The notes below the pieces were generated by a model. It was not told where the DNA came from and did no database searches. It worked only from the letters and a program-made list of their open reading frames with translations. The position numbers and the translations under genes are program-made. From Candidatus Fermentibacterota bacterium (GTDB taxonomy: Bacteria > Fermentibacterota > Fermentibacteria > Fermentibacterales > JCC-6): DNA of 64,000 nt. The stretch spans positions 3,837 to 67,836 of the forward strand of contig QNDR01000001.1 in NCBI GenBank assembly GCA_003646025.1, written 5' to 3'. This document shows positions 8,089 to 17,923 of the stretch, one piece after another (within the stretch, counting starts at the first letter, position 1; every line of letters begins with the position of its first letter).

Positions 8089-11061
8089 TCAGCAGATCAG
8101 CATTACACCCTTTCCCGTTCTTCCATCCACCATAACCTTTAAGGGTTTATCCGAAGACACATGCCTGGTGTAGTGTGTATCAGAAACTGTTTTCATGGAA
8201 TTCAACAGGTTCCAGTTAACGAAAGACCCTTTTCTGTTGTATGGCACAGTGAAGTAGACCACACCAAGGGAAGTCATATTCTGGAAAAAGTGAGAGCCCT
8301 GAGAGGGATCAATGTTCATGTTTTTCTGGCTTGCTTCAACAATTACTTTTGCATCGCTTATCTGACTCCACGTGACAGGGATACCCAGCCAGGAGTCAGA
8401 TGACCCCCATCTTCCAGGTCCGATGAGAACAAAAGGCCTGCCAGAATCACGCAGTGTATTGTTAAGTGTCTCAACCTCTTTTACTATTTCTTTTGTCTTT
8501 GACGCTGTGAAACTGTCCGGCTTGATGTAAACCACATCGGTAATGTTTCGGATGGTACCGTTACCAAGAGCGGTATCTGTTGCGCACAGCAGGTTGTCAC
8601 TGTCAAGAGTCTCCAGATCAATACTGACAAGGTCGTTGTTTACAACCATTGGTCTTATCTGTAGAAGACTGAAATGGGCCGGCAGCGCACGATTCCTGCC
8701 GAGAGTTACGGCAAATTCTATCTCAACAGAACAGCCCATGGCCTTTTCACCCATCTTCAGAAGAAAGTTGCTTATATCGGCAAGGGGGAAAACTTTGTTT
8801 TTCAGTATGTGTGCAAAGCTCACAACTCTTGGTCCCGGTGTTGTGATCCCGTCCATCACGCGGTCGTTGGGAGCATCATAAGTTGAGCCCAGAAACTCGA
8901 GGGTTCCATCTTTTTCAGCCGTTGCAAGATTGCGGGAAGTTACATACTGATCTTCTTCCAGATTTGAACCCCATGAATTACTGTCCAGCTGAACGGCAAA
9001 AAACTGTTTCTGAGAATTATTCATCATGTCTTTTATTGTACCAAACTGTGGGAATACCCTTGGAAAATCAGGGGTAAACCTTAGAGATACTCCTCCGTCT
9101 ACGATGGTTTTTCCCAGGCCAAGCGCAACATTCACAACACCATCTTCAGGTTTTGCCGAACCTACAGGATAGAAATTATAGGATCGCCCAACGCCGGAAA
9201 AATGCGGGTAGAACAGGTTTCCGTGTTGTCTGCCTGCCACTCTTTGAAGAAGCACTGCCATTTTTTCTTCTTCAACCCGGTGGCCGGTTGCCTTGATGTA
9301 AGATTTAGCGGATTGCATGAATGTTGAAGCGTAAACAAATTTTATCGCACTGGAAAGCTGCTTGAACCTCAATGCCAGACTTCTGGAGTTGTTTGGAAGC
9401 ATCTTTGTGGCGTAAATACCTGCGAAGGGCTGGTATATAGCATCCTCCAACAGGCTTGATGAACGAACCGCCAGCGGTGTGGTAACAGTTTTAACATAAT
9501 CTCTCAAGTCTCCCAGAATAGTGGGGGGAAGTGAGGCTTTCTGGAATGTTCTCTGGATCCGGCTGTCATTTTCACACTCGATTGCAAACTGATGCAGTTT
9601 GTTCATCTTCATGAATTCGTCAAAGAACTCGGTGGTTATTATCAAAGTACTGGGAATTGAAACGGTTACCTTCTTAAACGCGTTTTCTCCCAGGTTGGCT
9701 GCCAGAACTCTGTCAACAAATGCAAGTCCTCTGCCTTTGCCTCCCATTGAACCGCTGCCCAGACGGCTGAAGACAAGATCTTCTTCGTGAAAGGATCTGC
9801 TGTAGGGAACCACATAGCCTCTCCGCTGGTTTGAATTCCATGATCTCACAGCGGCAACAAGAGACTGTTTGATCTCTTCATCTGTGTAATCCTCTTTGAC
9901 GCATTCTGCCATGGTTTCTACAAGTTCCAGTTCTGTCTGAATCTTTATCCATCTGGATAGCTGGCCTGACCGCCAGATTTTTGCGATCGACTCATCTGGA
10001 AGTTTGTCCAGGACCATGCTTAACTCTCTGATACCTGATATTCTCCTCAGAGTTTTACCATTTTTGCCTTTAATACGAAGGTCACCAAAGTCCAGGAAAT
10101 CCACCAGAGCTTTGCTGAAGTCAGCCATAAGAGTTGGTGATTGTTTGTTGAGGAAGCCTACTCCAAGCTCTTTCGCAATAATCTCTCCTTCTGATTCACT
10201 GGTTTGCAGAACAATTGGAACAAGGGGATTCTTTGCCCGTATCTTTTCTATCAGATGTAACCCGGCGTTTTTTTCATGAATGCTCTTCTGATTAAATCTC
10301 ATATCGGTAATTACCCCGACAAGCGAGTTGCTGAAGTGGTTCAGAATTTCTTCAGCCTGTTCCATATTTACAGCAAGAAGAACTTTTGTTCTTGCTCTGC
10401 TCTTCAGTTTACGCATGGTCTGTGATTCCATCTGTTCCAGAATCCGGCGGGATTTCATGTGTATTTCCCGCATTCCCTGGTGCAGGTATTTGGAGTAGAA
10501 AAGAACATCATCTTCCACAAGCAATACGCATGGCACACCTGTTTCGCCGCAGTCGTGGTCGGCGTTTTCAGTGTCTTCAGCCAGCTGGATAATTCCAGGA
10601 ATAATTTCGCCAGAACCCATCCAGTTGAAAAGTCTGTAGGGCTTTTCCCCGGGATGATTGCCGCTGATTCTTCCAAGTTCTTCTGTGTTGTGTGTGAGTA
10701 CCGATACAGCAAGGTCTGGTCGTATTTCATGTACCCTGTCTGCAAATTCACTGAATGTGATATTCTCACCTGTGGACATGCATATAACAAGCTCAAAATG
10801 TGTTCCGGATTTGTTTCCCAGCATCGTCAGTGCTTCAGTTGCATTTGAAACCTGAATGATAACAGGTGCTTTCCCCGAAAAACCTGCCAGACAGGATGCA
10901 TCCAGAATATCCTCCAGCATCCCGTCTTCTTCAACAGTATAAAAATCGTAGAGGCTGCACAGCAGCATTACATTCTGTATCCGGAATCTCCCCAGATCTT
11001 TAAGGAGAAACTCTGTACGGCGCAATTGAAGCTGTCCATCCAACTTGTCTGGAGAGAACAT
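8089..11061 (-). CDS. two receiver (REC-like) domains fused to a PEP-synthase/PPDK N-terminal ATP-grasp (PPDK_N) domain protein; no phospho-His swivel domain
   Basis: REC motifs are present (VLLVEDDVL..., GVITDMRF acceptor Asp, IVLQTSE, GFLNK). The PPDK_N signatures GGKGRGLAFV and VRSSSLLED are present. The C-terminal block reads GPGRWGSSDSW...GSHFFQN. I found no TSHAAI-type His motif. The protein is a paralog of the 12708..15044 product. Confidence 0.6.
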   Translation of the reverse strand: MFSPDKLDGQLQLRRTEFLLKDLGRFRIQNVMLLCSLYDFYTVEEDGMLEDILDASCLAGFSGKAPVIIQVSNATEALTMLGNKSGTHFELVICMSTGENITFSEFADRVHEIRPDLAVSVLTHNTEELGRISGNHPGEKPYRLFNWMGSGEIIPGIIQLAEDTENADHDCGETGVPCVLLVEDDVLFYSKYLHQGMREIHMKSRRILEQMESQTMRKLKSRARTKVLLAVNMEQAEEILNHFSNSLVGVITDMRFNQKSIHEKNAGLHLIEKIRAKNPLVPIVLQTSESEGEIIAKELGVGFLNKQSPTLMADFSKALVDFLDFGDLRIKGKNGKTLRRISGIRELSMVLDKLPDESIAKIWRSGQLSRWIKIQTELELVETMAECVKEDYTDEEIKQSLVAAVRSWNSNQRRGYVVPYSRSFHEEDLVFSRLGSGSMGGKGRGLAFVDRVLAANLGENAFKKVTVSIPSTLIITTEFFDEFMKMNKLHQFAIECENDSRIQRTFQKASLPPTILGDLRDYVKTVTTPLAVRSSSLLEDAIYQPFAGIYATKMLPNNSRSLALRFKQLSSAIKFVYASTFMQSAKSYIKATGHRVEEEKMAVLLQRVAGRQHGNLFYPHFSGVGRSYNFYPVGSAKPEDGVVNVALGLGKTIVDGGVSLRFTPDFPRVFPQFGTIKDMMNNSQKQFFAVQLDSNSWGSNLEEDQYVTSRNLATAEKDGTLEFLGSTYDAPNDRVMDGITTPGPRVVSFAHILKNKVFPLADISNFLLKMGEKAMGCSVEIEFAVTLGRNRALPAHFSLLQIRPMVVNNDLVSIDLETLDSDNLLCATDTALGNGTIRNITDVVYIKPDSFTASKTKEIVKEVETLNNTLRDSGRPFVLIGPGRWGSSDSWLGIPVTWSQISDAKVIVEASQKNMNIDPSQGSHFFQNMTSLGVVYFTVPYNRKGSFVNWNLLNSMKTVSDTHYTRHVSSDKPLKVMVDGRTGKGVMLIC

Positions 11062-11288
11062 AATTGTTGCTACCTCCGGCTGTTTCTGCGTTTCCTGCGG
11101 AAACTGACTGGTGTGAAAGTTGAGAGACTATGAATGCTATATATGCCCCGGGTCAAGTATATACAGCCACCTGTATACCCTATTGACAGAAGCAAGGTTC
11201 TGGCAGTAGTCTACCCTAATCCGTGTGAGAAATCATACGGGATTCGGTTTTCCATTGTTCACCAAAGCTCTTGAGAAGGAGAGTGAGA

Positions 11289-12641
11289 ATGCTTGAGGAA
11301 CTTTACCAGAGTGTAAAAGAGAAGAACCCTGCTCAGCCGGAATTTCACCAGGCTGTTGAAGAGGTTCTTGAATCTCTCGAACCGGTAATTGAGAAACATC
11401 CTGAGTACAGAAGCGCAAAGATACTTGAAAGACTTGTTGAGCCAGAGCGTCTTATCATGTTCCGTGTTCCATGGCTTGATGACAAGGGTGAAATTCAGGT
11501 AAACCGCGGGTACCGCATTGAAATGAACAGTGCGATAGGACCCTACAAGGGCGGTCTTCGTTTCCATCCCTCTGTAAATCTTGGTATCCTTAAGTTTCTC
11601 GCTTTCGAGCAGGTGTTCAAGAATGCCCTCACCACTATCCCCATGGGTGGCGGCAAGGGTGGATCCGATTTCGATCCCAAAGGAAAGTCCGACATGGAAG
11701 TAATGAAATTCTGTCAGTCTTTCATGAGTGAACTTTTCCGTCACATCGGTCCTAACACAGATGTACCTGCAGGAGATATCGGTGTTGGTGGAAGAGAGAT
11801 CGGTTTCATGTTCGGTCAGTACAAAAAGCTTCGCAACGAATGGACCGGTGTTCTCACAGGAAAAGCACTTCAGTACGGTGGAAGCCTTATCAGACCTGAA
11901 GCTACAGGTTACGGTTCCGTGTATTTTGGTGAAGAAATGCTTAAGACCAGAGGTGACAGCTATGCCGGCAAGATCTGTCTTGTTTCAGGATCCGGTAACG
12001 TTGCCCAGTACACCACAGAGAAAATCAACCTTCTCGGCGGAAAAGTTGTTACTCTTTCCGATTCAAGCGGCTACATCTACGATGAAGCCGGTATTGATGC
12101 CGACAAGCTTGCTTATGTTATGGAGCTTAAGAATGTTCGCAGAGGCCGCATAAGCGAATATGCCGAGAAGTATCCCAGTGCTGTTTACACACCAAGAGAC
12201 AACTCTCTTGATTACAATCCACTGTGGGCACACAAGGCAGACTGTGCCTTCCCAAGTGCCACGCAGAATGAAATCAGTGCAAAAGACGCTCAGACAATGG
12301 TTAACAATGGTATAATTCTCGTTTCTGAAGGTGCGAATATGCCCACAGTTCCCGAGGGTGTTAACATTTTCATTGAGAATAAGGTCCTCTACGGGCCAGG
12401 CAAAGCCGCCAACGCAGGTGGTGTATCTACTTCTGGTCTTGAAATGGCACAGAATGCAGTCTTCTCAAGCTGGTCCCGCGAGGAAGTGGATAACAGGCTT
12501 CACAACATAATGATCAGTATTCACAAGCAGGCTTACGATGCTGCAGAGTTCTATGGCCAGCCTGGTAACTATGTTCTTGGTGCCAACGCAGCCGGTTTCC
12601 GCAAGGTTGCCGACGCAATGATGGCCCAGGGCGTGGTGTAG
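11289..12641 (+). CDS. gdhA: glutamate dehydrogenase (NAD(P)+), hexameric GdhA-type
   Basis: Carries the GDH signature GGGKGGSDFDPKGKS and full-length similarity to GdhA. The RBS AAGGAGAG precedes ATG at 11289, so the track ORF start at 11271 is a short upstream extension. Confidence 0.9.
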   Translation: MLEELYQSVKEKNPAQPEFHQAVEEVLESLEPVIEKHPEYRSAKILERLVEPERLIMFRVPWLDDKGEIQVNRGYRIEMNSAIGPYKGGLRFHPSVNLGILKFLAFEQVFKNALTTIPMGGGKGGSDFDPKGKSDMEVMKFCQSFMSELFRHIGPNTDVPAGDIGVGGREIGFMFGQYKKLRNEWTGVLTGKALQYGGSLIRPEATGYGSVYFGEEMLKTRGDSYAGKICLVSGSGNVAQYTTEKINLLGGKVVTLSDSSGYIYDEAGIDADKLAYVMELKNVRRGRISEYAEKYPSAVYTPRDNSLDYNPLWAHKADCAFPSATQNEISAKDAQTMVNNGIILVSEGANMPTVPEGVNIFIENKVLYGPGKAANAGGVSTSGLEMAQNAVFSSWSREEVDNRLHNIMISIHKQAYDAAEFYGQPGNYVLGANAAGFRKVADAMMAQGVV

Positions 12642-12707
12642 TCTTAAAAACAGGTTAATACAGAAGAATCCCCTGCCGAATAGCGGGGGATTCTTTTAGA
12701 TGGTTCA

Positions 12708-15044
12708 TCAGTTCATATAGGCGACTGCCTGATCTGTTTCTCCATTCAGTATCACAGACAAAGATGTATCCGCCGCTATATCGGAAACTCTTATCACCTT
12801 GATTATCCTCGCGAATTCTTCTGTCCCGTGAACAAAGCTTGTGAGAAGGTTTTTTTGCTTTGTTAACAGGTCTTCTCTGAAAATAACATCTTTATCATCC
12901 GGGTACAGAGGCAGGTACTTGATGTCTGCCTCCACAAGATCCTGGAAGAAGTGTGTGCCGAAGGAAAGATCAGGAAGCTGGCCCTTTTTCATTTTTGCAA
13001 CCTCAATAAGCATGGCAGTGTTGTTGATATCGCTGTATCCCACATGCACACCCAGCTTGATGTCTCCCTTGCTGCCCCATCTTCCCGGACCGATAAGGAT
13101 GAATTTCTTCTGGGGAAGGGTGTTGTTGAGTTTACCCACAATTTGTCCTACCTCCAGAAGCTTTTCTCTGCTTTCGATTGTGTCATACTCGGTACCGCTG
13201 ACATACACCATGTACTCAATATTGTGACATGCCCCGGACATGATGTACTTGTTTGCCGTAAACACGATCCTGTCTGTGTCTATACCCGACGGGATCGTAA
13301 TGTCAGCTCTGTCTCTTCCCACGCTCTGGGGCCTGCACTGAAGCAGATACGGAGTATGTATGTCCCGTCCGTAGGCGAATTCAATGTCTACAGGCAGCCC
13401 CATTTCGTCTTCCAGAATACTCAGAACCGTTTTGAAGAAAAGAGGAACCGGGCTTCTTTCCAGAAGGTTGTGGAATGTCAGGATAGTATCTTTCTGCTGA
13501 ATGTTAAGCATTGAACCTGGCGAGAGCTGTATGTGTCCTTCATCGTACAGTGAAACCATGTAGGGAAGGCATGGAATGCCTGCACCGTATTCCCTGATAA
13601 TCTTTTCAGTGCTTACAGTTTCAAGACACCCTTTCTCCAGGTTGACAACATCCATCTCTTTTTGTGAATAGCGTATAAGTTCTTCTGTTGTCACATTGAT
13701 GCGCAGCTTGGGCTGTCCGGGACTCATAAGAACCGGGAAATCCTGCCCTGTTCTGTCTACTGCCCTGGTGCCCAGCCCGGCGACGATCCGCACAATACCG
13801 TCTTCCGCTTTTATTCTTGGCGACCACCGGTAGTCATTTCTGCTGAAGGCCACCCCCGCAAACGGTGGAAAATAGTATTTACCTATTTTGCTTCCAACAA
13901 CCTCCTGAATAAGAATGCCCATCTCTTCATTGAAATCGAGGAGTCCCCTCTCCCGTCGGTATTCTATGGGATCCGGGCCGAAGATACTTGCGTATATCTC
14001 CAGAACAGCGTCTACAAGTGCATCCAGCCGCTGCTGTCTTGTCCCCTGGTTGGCAACGAAAAGGCTCTTGTATTTGCCGGCAAAAGCAGCCCCTGTACTG
14101 TCTTCAAGAAGGCTGGAAGAACGGACGATGATTGGAGTTGTTTCAAAGTAATCAAGTGCATGTTCAAGGCCAGCCAGAACACTGTAGGGCATAATAGAGT
14201 GTTTGAACACCTGTTCAAGAAGGTGGTACTCCTGTCTTATCTCATCCTGTCTTGCATACTTTATTGCCATCATCTCTTCAAGGGCATTGTGACTGATAAA
14301 TTCAAGGACGGCATCAGACGCGATGAACCATGTTTTGGGAACTTTGAGATTTCTGAGAACAGTGTGCGATTTCTTGTAGGTGTTGAGTATCATCTCAGCT
14401 CTGAACAGACCTGCAGCTTTTCCTCCGACCTTTCCGTTCCCGTTGTAGGGTCCGATTGTGTGGTTGATAATATTGGCGAAGTCACTGATACTTACATGCT
14501 TCCGGATGGTGTTTATGTAGTTCAGGTCATCGGTCAACACTCTTCTGGTTAAACCAACAGTTATGTTCTCCCTGTCTCTGGCCTCCATCTTCTTGCTCTG
14601 TTTTGGAAGCATTTCGTACTTATCCAGTGCTTCTCTGAGCTGGCCGAGAGGTACATCCCTTCGGCCTGCAGTGGTAGACAGAAACCGTATTTTTTCATGG
14701 CGAATCCATCTGTGGAGAGCAAGAGTTATCTCTTCAGGAGAAAGAACTTCCTCTGCTACCCTGAATACCTGTGTTGTTATTTCCTCAAGTATTTTGTAGT
14801 CCATCCTCGGGGCGGGCTGGTTCTCACCGTAATTGCTATTGGGACCAGAGGCATCCACCTGTTTCGGGAGCAGTTTTTCCATTATTTCAGAAATCTTTAC
14901 AACTTTCTTCCTGAACAGGTAGTTCAGCATTTTTCTGCTGAGACGGCTCAACAGTTCCGGATCAGTTTCATTGAGAAGTCTCAGAATTATCTTCCACTCC
15001 GGTTTGTTTTCCGGAACCGTATTGTCGCTGTTGTGTGGTGTCAT
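12708..15044 (-). CDS. PEP-synthase/PPDK_N ATP-grasp domain protein without a phospho-His or PEP-binding domain (paralog of 8089..11061)
   Basis: Shares GGKAAGLFRAEM and VRSSSLLEDSTGAAFAGKY motifs and the same C-terminal block (GPGRWGSKGD...GTHFFQD) with the 990-aa paralog. Confidence 0.6.
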   Translation of the reverse strand: MTPHNSDNTVPENKPEWKIILRLLNETDPELLSRLSRKMLNYLFRKKVVKISEIMEKLLPKQVDASGPNSNYGENQPAPRMDYKILEEITTQVFRVAEEVLSPEEITLALHRWIRHEKIRFLSTTAGRRDVPLGQLREALDKYEMLPKQSKKMEARDRENITVGLTRRVLTDDLNYINTIRKHVSISDFANIINHTIGPYNGNGKVGGKAAGLFRAEMILNTYKKSHTVLRNLKVPKTWFIASDAVLEFISHNALEEMMAIKYARQDEIRQEYHLLEQVFKHSIMPYSVLAGLEHALDYFETTPIIVRSSSLLEDSTGAAFAGKYKSLFVANQGTRQQRLDALVDAVLEIYASIFGPDPIEYRRERGLLDFNEEMGILIQEVVGSKIGKYYFPPFAGVAFSRNDYRWSPRIKAEDGIVRIVAGLGTRAVDRTGQDFPVLMSPGQPKLRINVTTEELIRYSQKEMDVVNLEKGCLETVSTEKIIREYGAGIPCLPYMVSLYDEGHIQLSPGSMLNIQQKDTILTFHNLLERSPVPLFFKTVLSILEDEMGLPVDIEFAYGRDIHTPYLLQCRPQSVGRDRADITIPSGIDTDRIVFTANKYIMSGACHNIEYMVYVSGTEYDTIESREKLLEVGQIVGKLNNTLPQKKFILIGPGRWGSKGDIKLGVHVGYSDINNTAMLIEVAKMKKGQLPDLSFGTHFFQDLVEADIKYLPLYPDDKDVIFREDLLTKQKNLLTSFVHGTEEFARIIKVIRVSDIAADTSLSVILNGETDQAVAYMN

Positions 15045-15155
15045 TCAGTTCACCTTTCTCAATTCAGGGATGCTTGTCTGGCTTAATCCTAATTACCGGA
15101 AAGATATAAAAAAAGGACCGGGGTTTTCACCCCGATCCTTGTTGTGGTTCCGGAA

Positions 15156-16439
15156 CTACACCAGACCGCGGAGTCTCGCTGCATTTGCCACCCGGTCGAT
15201 GGCAATCATGTAGGCCGCGTCACGCATGTAGAGGGACTGGCTTTCCGCAAGATCGGCAACGGCATGGAATGCAGTTGTCATCTTTGTATCGAGTTTTGAA
15301 AGAACTTCCTCTTTTTCCCAGTAGTAGTTCATGTTGTTCTGTACCTGCTCGAAATAAGAGCATGTTACTCCGCCGGCATTGCACAGGAAGTCGGGAATGT
15401 TGAAGATTCCTCTTTCTTTCAGCACAACATCAGCCTCAGGTGTTGTAGGGCCGTTGGCACCTTCGGCAACAACCTTTACCCGTGGATGAATTTTGCCCAC
15501 GGTATCGGCGTTGATCTGGTTTTCAAGAGCACCCGGGAGAAGGACATCAGCTTCAGTCTCAATCCATGCATCACCTGGAAGCTGCTCGTAACCTGCTTCA
15601 ATGGCTTTTCCTGCATCAAGTGTACCGAAACGATCCGTTATGCTCATTACAAAATCAAGGTCAATTCCATCCATTTTGCGGTATGTGTAAGCCTTCATGT
15701 CCTTCTGATCCCAGCAGGAAACACAAAGAACCTTTCCGCCGTACTGAATGAAAAGATCTGCAGCATACTGCGTTACATTGCCAAAGCCCTGGCAGGCCAT
15801 TGTGGCACCTTTGATATCTATACCAAGACGCTTAAGTGCTTCTCTGACAGCGTAGATTGCGCCATAACCGGTAGCTTCTGTTCTTCCGAGTGAACCTCCG
15901 CTGCCGACAGGTTTACCAGTGATAACACCAGGGTACTTGCCGCCTTTGAGAGTTTCGTATTCATCCATCATCCACAGCATATGCTGAGGTGTGGTCAGAA
16001 CCACCGGGGCAGGAATGTCATGTACCGGGCCTATGTTTCTCCAGACATTAGGAATCCATCCGCGGCATATCTGTTCCTGCTCGCGCATTGAAAGCTCGTG
16101 AGGATTGCATATAACAACGCCTCGGCCACCACCGAGAGGAATGTCTACAACAGCGCACTTCCATGTCATCCATGTGGCAAGGGCTTTAACTGTGCTGATG
16201 GTTTCATCGGGGTGAAAGCGAATGCCGCCTTTGCACGGGCCGCGAACATCGCTGTGCTGTACTCTGAAGCCGCGGAAAACCTGAACTGATCCGTCATCCA
16301 TGTGTACGGGAATGGTGAAGTGGTACTCTCTCATTGGTTCACGGAGAAAGGCTCTTACACCAGCTTCAAGATCAAGTGTTTCAGCAATCTGATCAAACTG
16401 ATCCTGAGCCATTTTGAAAGCATCGAAACCTTTGGACAT
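15156..16439 (-). CDS. Glu/Leu/Phe/Val dehydrogenase family; glutamate dehydrogenase, short archaeal/Thermotoga type
   Basis: Contains the KGGIRFHP...GGGRGVVICNP...GFGNV Rossmann motif. RBS GGAGG precedes ATG at 16439, and a stem-loop (CCGGCGGGATGCCGG) sits in the leader. Confidence 0.85.
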   Translation of the reverse strand: MSKGFDAFKMAQDQFDQIAETLDLEAGVRAFLREPMREYHFTIPVHMDDGSVQVFRGFRVQHSDVRGPCKGGIRFHPDETISTVKALATWMTWKCAVVDIPLGGGRGVVICNPHELSMREQEQICRGWIPNVWRNIGPVHDIPAPVVLTTPQHMLWMMDEYETLKGGKYPGVITGKPVGSGGSLGRTEATGYGAIYAVREALKRLGIDIKGATMACQGFGNVTQYAADLFIQYGGKVLCVSCWDQKDMKAYTYRKMDGIDLDFVMSITDRFGTLDAGKAIEAGYEQLPGDAWIETEADVLLPGALENQINADTVGKIHPRVKVVAEGANGPTTPEADVVLKERGIFNIPDFLCNAGGVTCSYFEQVQNNMNYYWEKEEVLSKLDTKMTTAFHAVADLAESQSLYMRDAAYMIAIDRVANAARLRGLV

Positions 16440-16743
16440 CTCTGACCTCCTACCGGCGGGATGCCGGTAAAAAAAAAGAAGACCTGCTTCTTTTGGTGTT
16501 AAAATGGTCGGTACAGTACAGCCGACTCGGCGGTAATATATGGTACTTGCGTCTGTGAGAACAAATGCCTGTTCCGCACCGGCTTATTTTGTATCAGCCG
16601 TTCAGAAGGTGCTGCTCTAAAAGATGTAGCAGCAATATGATCCGTGTTAAACCCAGTTTTGTGTTGAAAATGCTGTCAGTTTGGTATTACGGAGAAAATT
16701 GTTCCCTGAATACCCTTGACTGTATCTGTGTATTGTTGTACAC

Positions 16744-16767
16744 TTGTGATAGTACAAACTATCACAA
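16744..16767. promoter_or_regulatory. 24-bp perfect palindrome TTGTGATAG-TACAAA-CTATCACAA immediately upstream of rex; candidate operator (Rex-like half-sites with non-canonical spacing)
   Basis: Read directly: 9-bp arms are exact reverse complements. The half-sites TTGTGA/TCACAA match Rex half-sites but are separated by 12 bp instead of 6. Confidence 0.4.
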
Positions 16768-16775
16768 TATTATGA

Positions 16776-17426
16776 ATGGAGATTACAGTGATTGCCGTTA
16801 AAGTTTCGGAAAAATCCATACGGAGGCTGAGCCACTATGCCCGATGTCTGCGCCTTGCAAAAAAGAGAGGAGAGTCGGTAATAACCTCCCGGCAGATGGC
16901 CGCGAACTGTGGAATTTCGTCTGCCGCCGTTCGCAGAGACCTGTCAATTTACGGAGAGTTCGGCAAACAGGGTTCCGGTTACAATGTAGACGACCTGCTG
17001 ATAAACATAGAGAATATTCTGGGAACAACTGATCCGCCATCTGTGATTATCGTCGGTGCCGGCAGTATCGGTTGTGCTCTGATGACATCCGGTCTTGCCG
17101 GCACAGGTGGTTACAACTACAGCGCTATTTTCGACAACGATTCTGCAAAAATAGGAAAAGAATGCAATGGCAGGGTTATCAGACCTGTTGAAAAAATTCA
17201 TGAGATTCTGCAGAAGGAGAAGGAAGTTATTGCGGTTATTGCTGTAACCGGTGGATCTGGACAGGCAGCTCTTGACATGCTGGTTGCGGCAGGTTGTAAG
17301 GCAATTCTAAGTTTTACTCTTGAGCCACTCAAGGCTCCAGAAGATGTTGAAATAAAATACGTTGAAGTGTCTACTGAACTCGATGTTCTGACCCATTCCA
17401 TGAGAAAGAAGGAGCGTGTTTACTGA
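16776..17426 (+). CDS. rex: redox-sensing transcriptional repressor Rex
   Basis: N-terminal winged helix (SIRRLSHYARCL) followed by a Rossmann motif (IIVGAGSIGCAL). The stop overlaps the next start (ATGA at 17423-17426), so this is the first gene of the operon. Confidence 0.85.
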   Translation: MEITVIAVKVSEKSIRRLSHYARCLRLAKKRGESVITSRQMAANCGISSAAVRRDLSIYGEFGKQGSGYNVDDLLINIENILGTTDPPSVIIVGAGSIGCALMTSGLAGTGGYNYSAIFDNDSAKIGKECNGRVIRPVEKIHEILQKEKEVIAVIAVTGGSGQAALDMLVAAGCKAILSFTLEPLKAPEDVEIKYVEVSTELDVLTHSMRKKERVY

Positions 17427-17923
17427 TGAAAAGAGCACCAGCCGTTGTTTCCACTTCGGTGATCCTGATGGGTATCTGGCTGAGTCTGACACTCAGCACC
17501 GATATCCAGGAGATTGTGCTGGGTGTGGTGGTTAGTGTTATTGCAGCCATAGCCACAAACGGAGCACTTACCGGAAACCTCTTCCGCCTTCTCAAGCCCC
17601 GAAAGTTCATAGCGGCAATTAGCTACATATTTTATTTTCTTGGCCAGATGATAAAAGCTAATATTGACGTACTGTTCAGAGTGTTCAGGCCCGTTATTCC
17701 TCTTAATCCCGGCATAGTAAAGGTAAACCTGAACTTGAAGAGCGAAAGGGCCAAGGTGATTGTCGCGAACTCAATTACCCTGACACCGGGAACCATAACC
17801 ATAGACATCGCTGGTGACCACATCTTTGTTCACTGGATCTTCCTTCCGGATGGAGATGTTCACGCGGAAACACAGTCGATGGTAGACGGTTTTGCAGGAA
17901 GATTGGAGAAGATCTTTGAGTAA
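17426..17923 (+). CDS. Mrp antiporter subunit E-like (MbxA/MbhA equivalent)
   Basis: MnhE pattern including SITLTPGTITIDIAGDHIFVHW. Confidence 0.8.
   Translation: MKRAPAVVSTSVILMGIWLSLTLSTDIQEIVLGVVVSVIAAIATNGALTGNLFRLLKPRKFIAAISYIFYFLGQMIKANIDVLFRVFRPVIPLNPGIVKVNLNLKSERAKVIVANSITLTPGTITIDIAGDHIFVHWIFLPDGDVHAETQSMVDGFAGRLEKIFE

Noticed and set aside
11062-11288. Sigma-54 -24/-12 promoter near gdhA or elsewhere as a target of the activator at 219..3875.
   Set aside because: Several TGGCA-containing sites were inspected (for example near 11200, 17995, 38690 and 40685). None has a TTGC element at the correct spacing.
16770-16775. Alternative ATG (atgaatgga) for rex.
   Set aside because: That frame terminates after 10 codons.
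16440-16775. Canonical Rex box (TTGTGAA-N4-TTCACAA) in the gdh/rex intergenic region or elsewhere.
   Set aside because: I did not find it by eye anywhere in the window. Only the non-canonically spaced palindrome at 16744..16767 is present, and it is reported as a finding.
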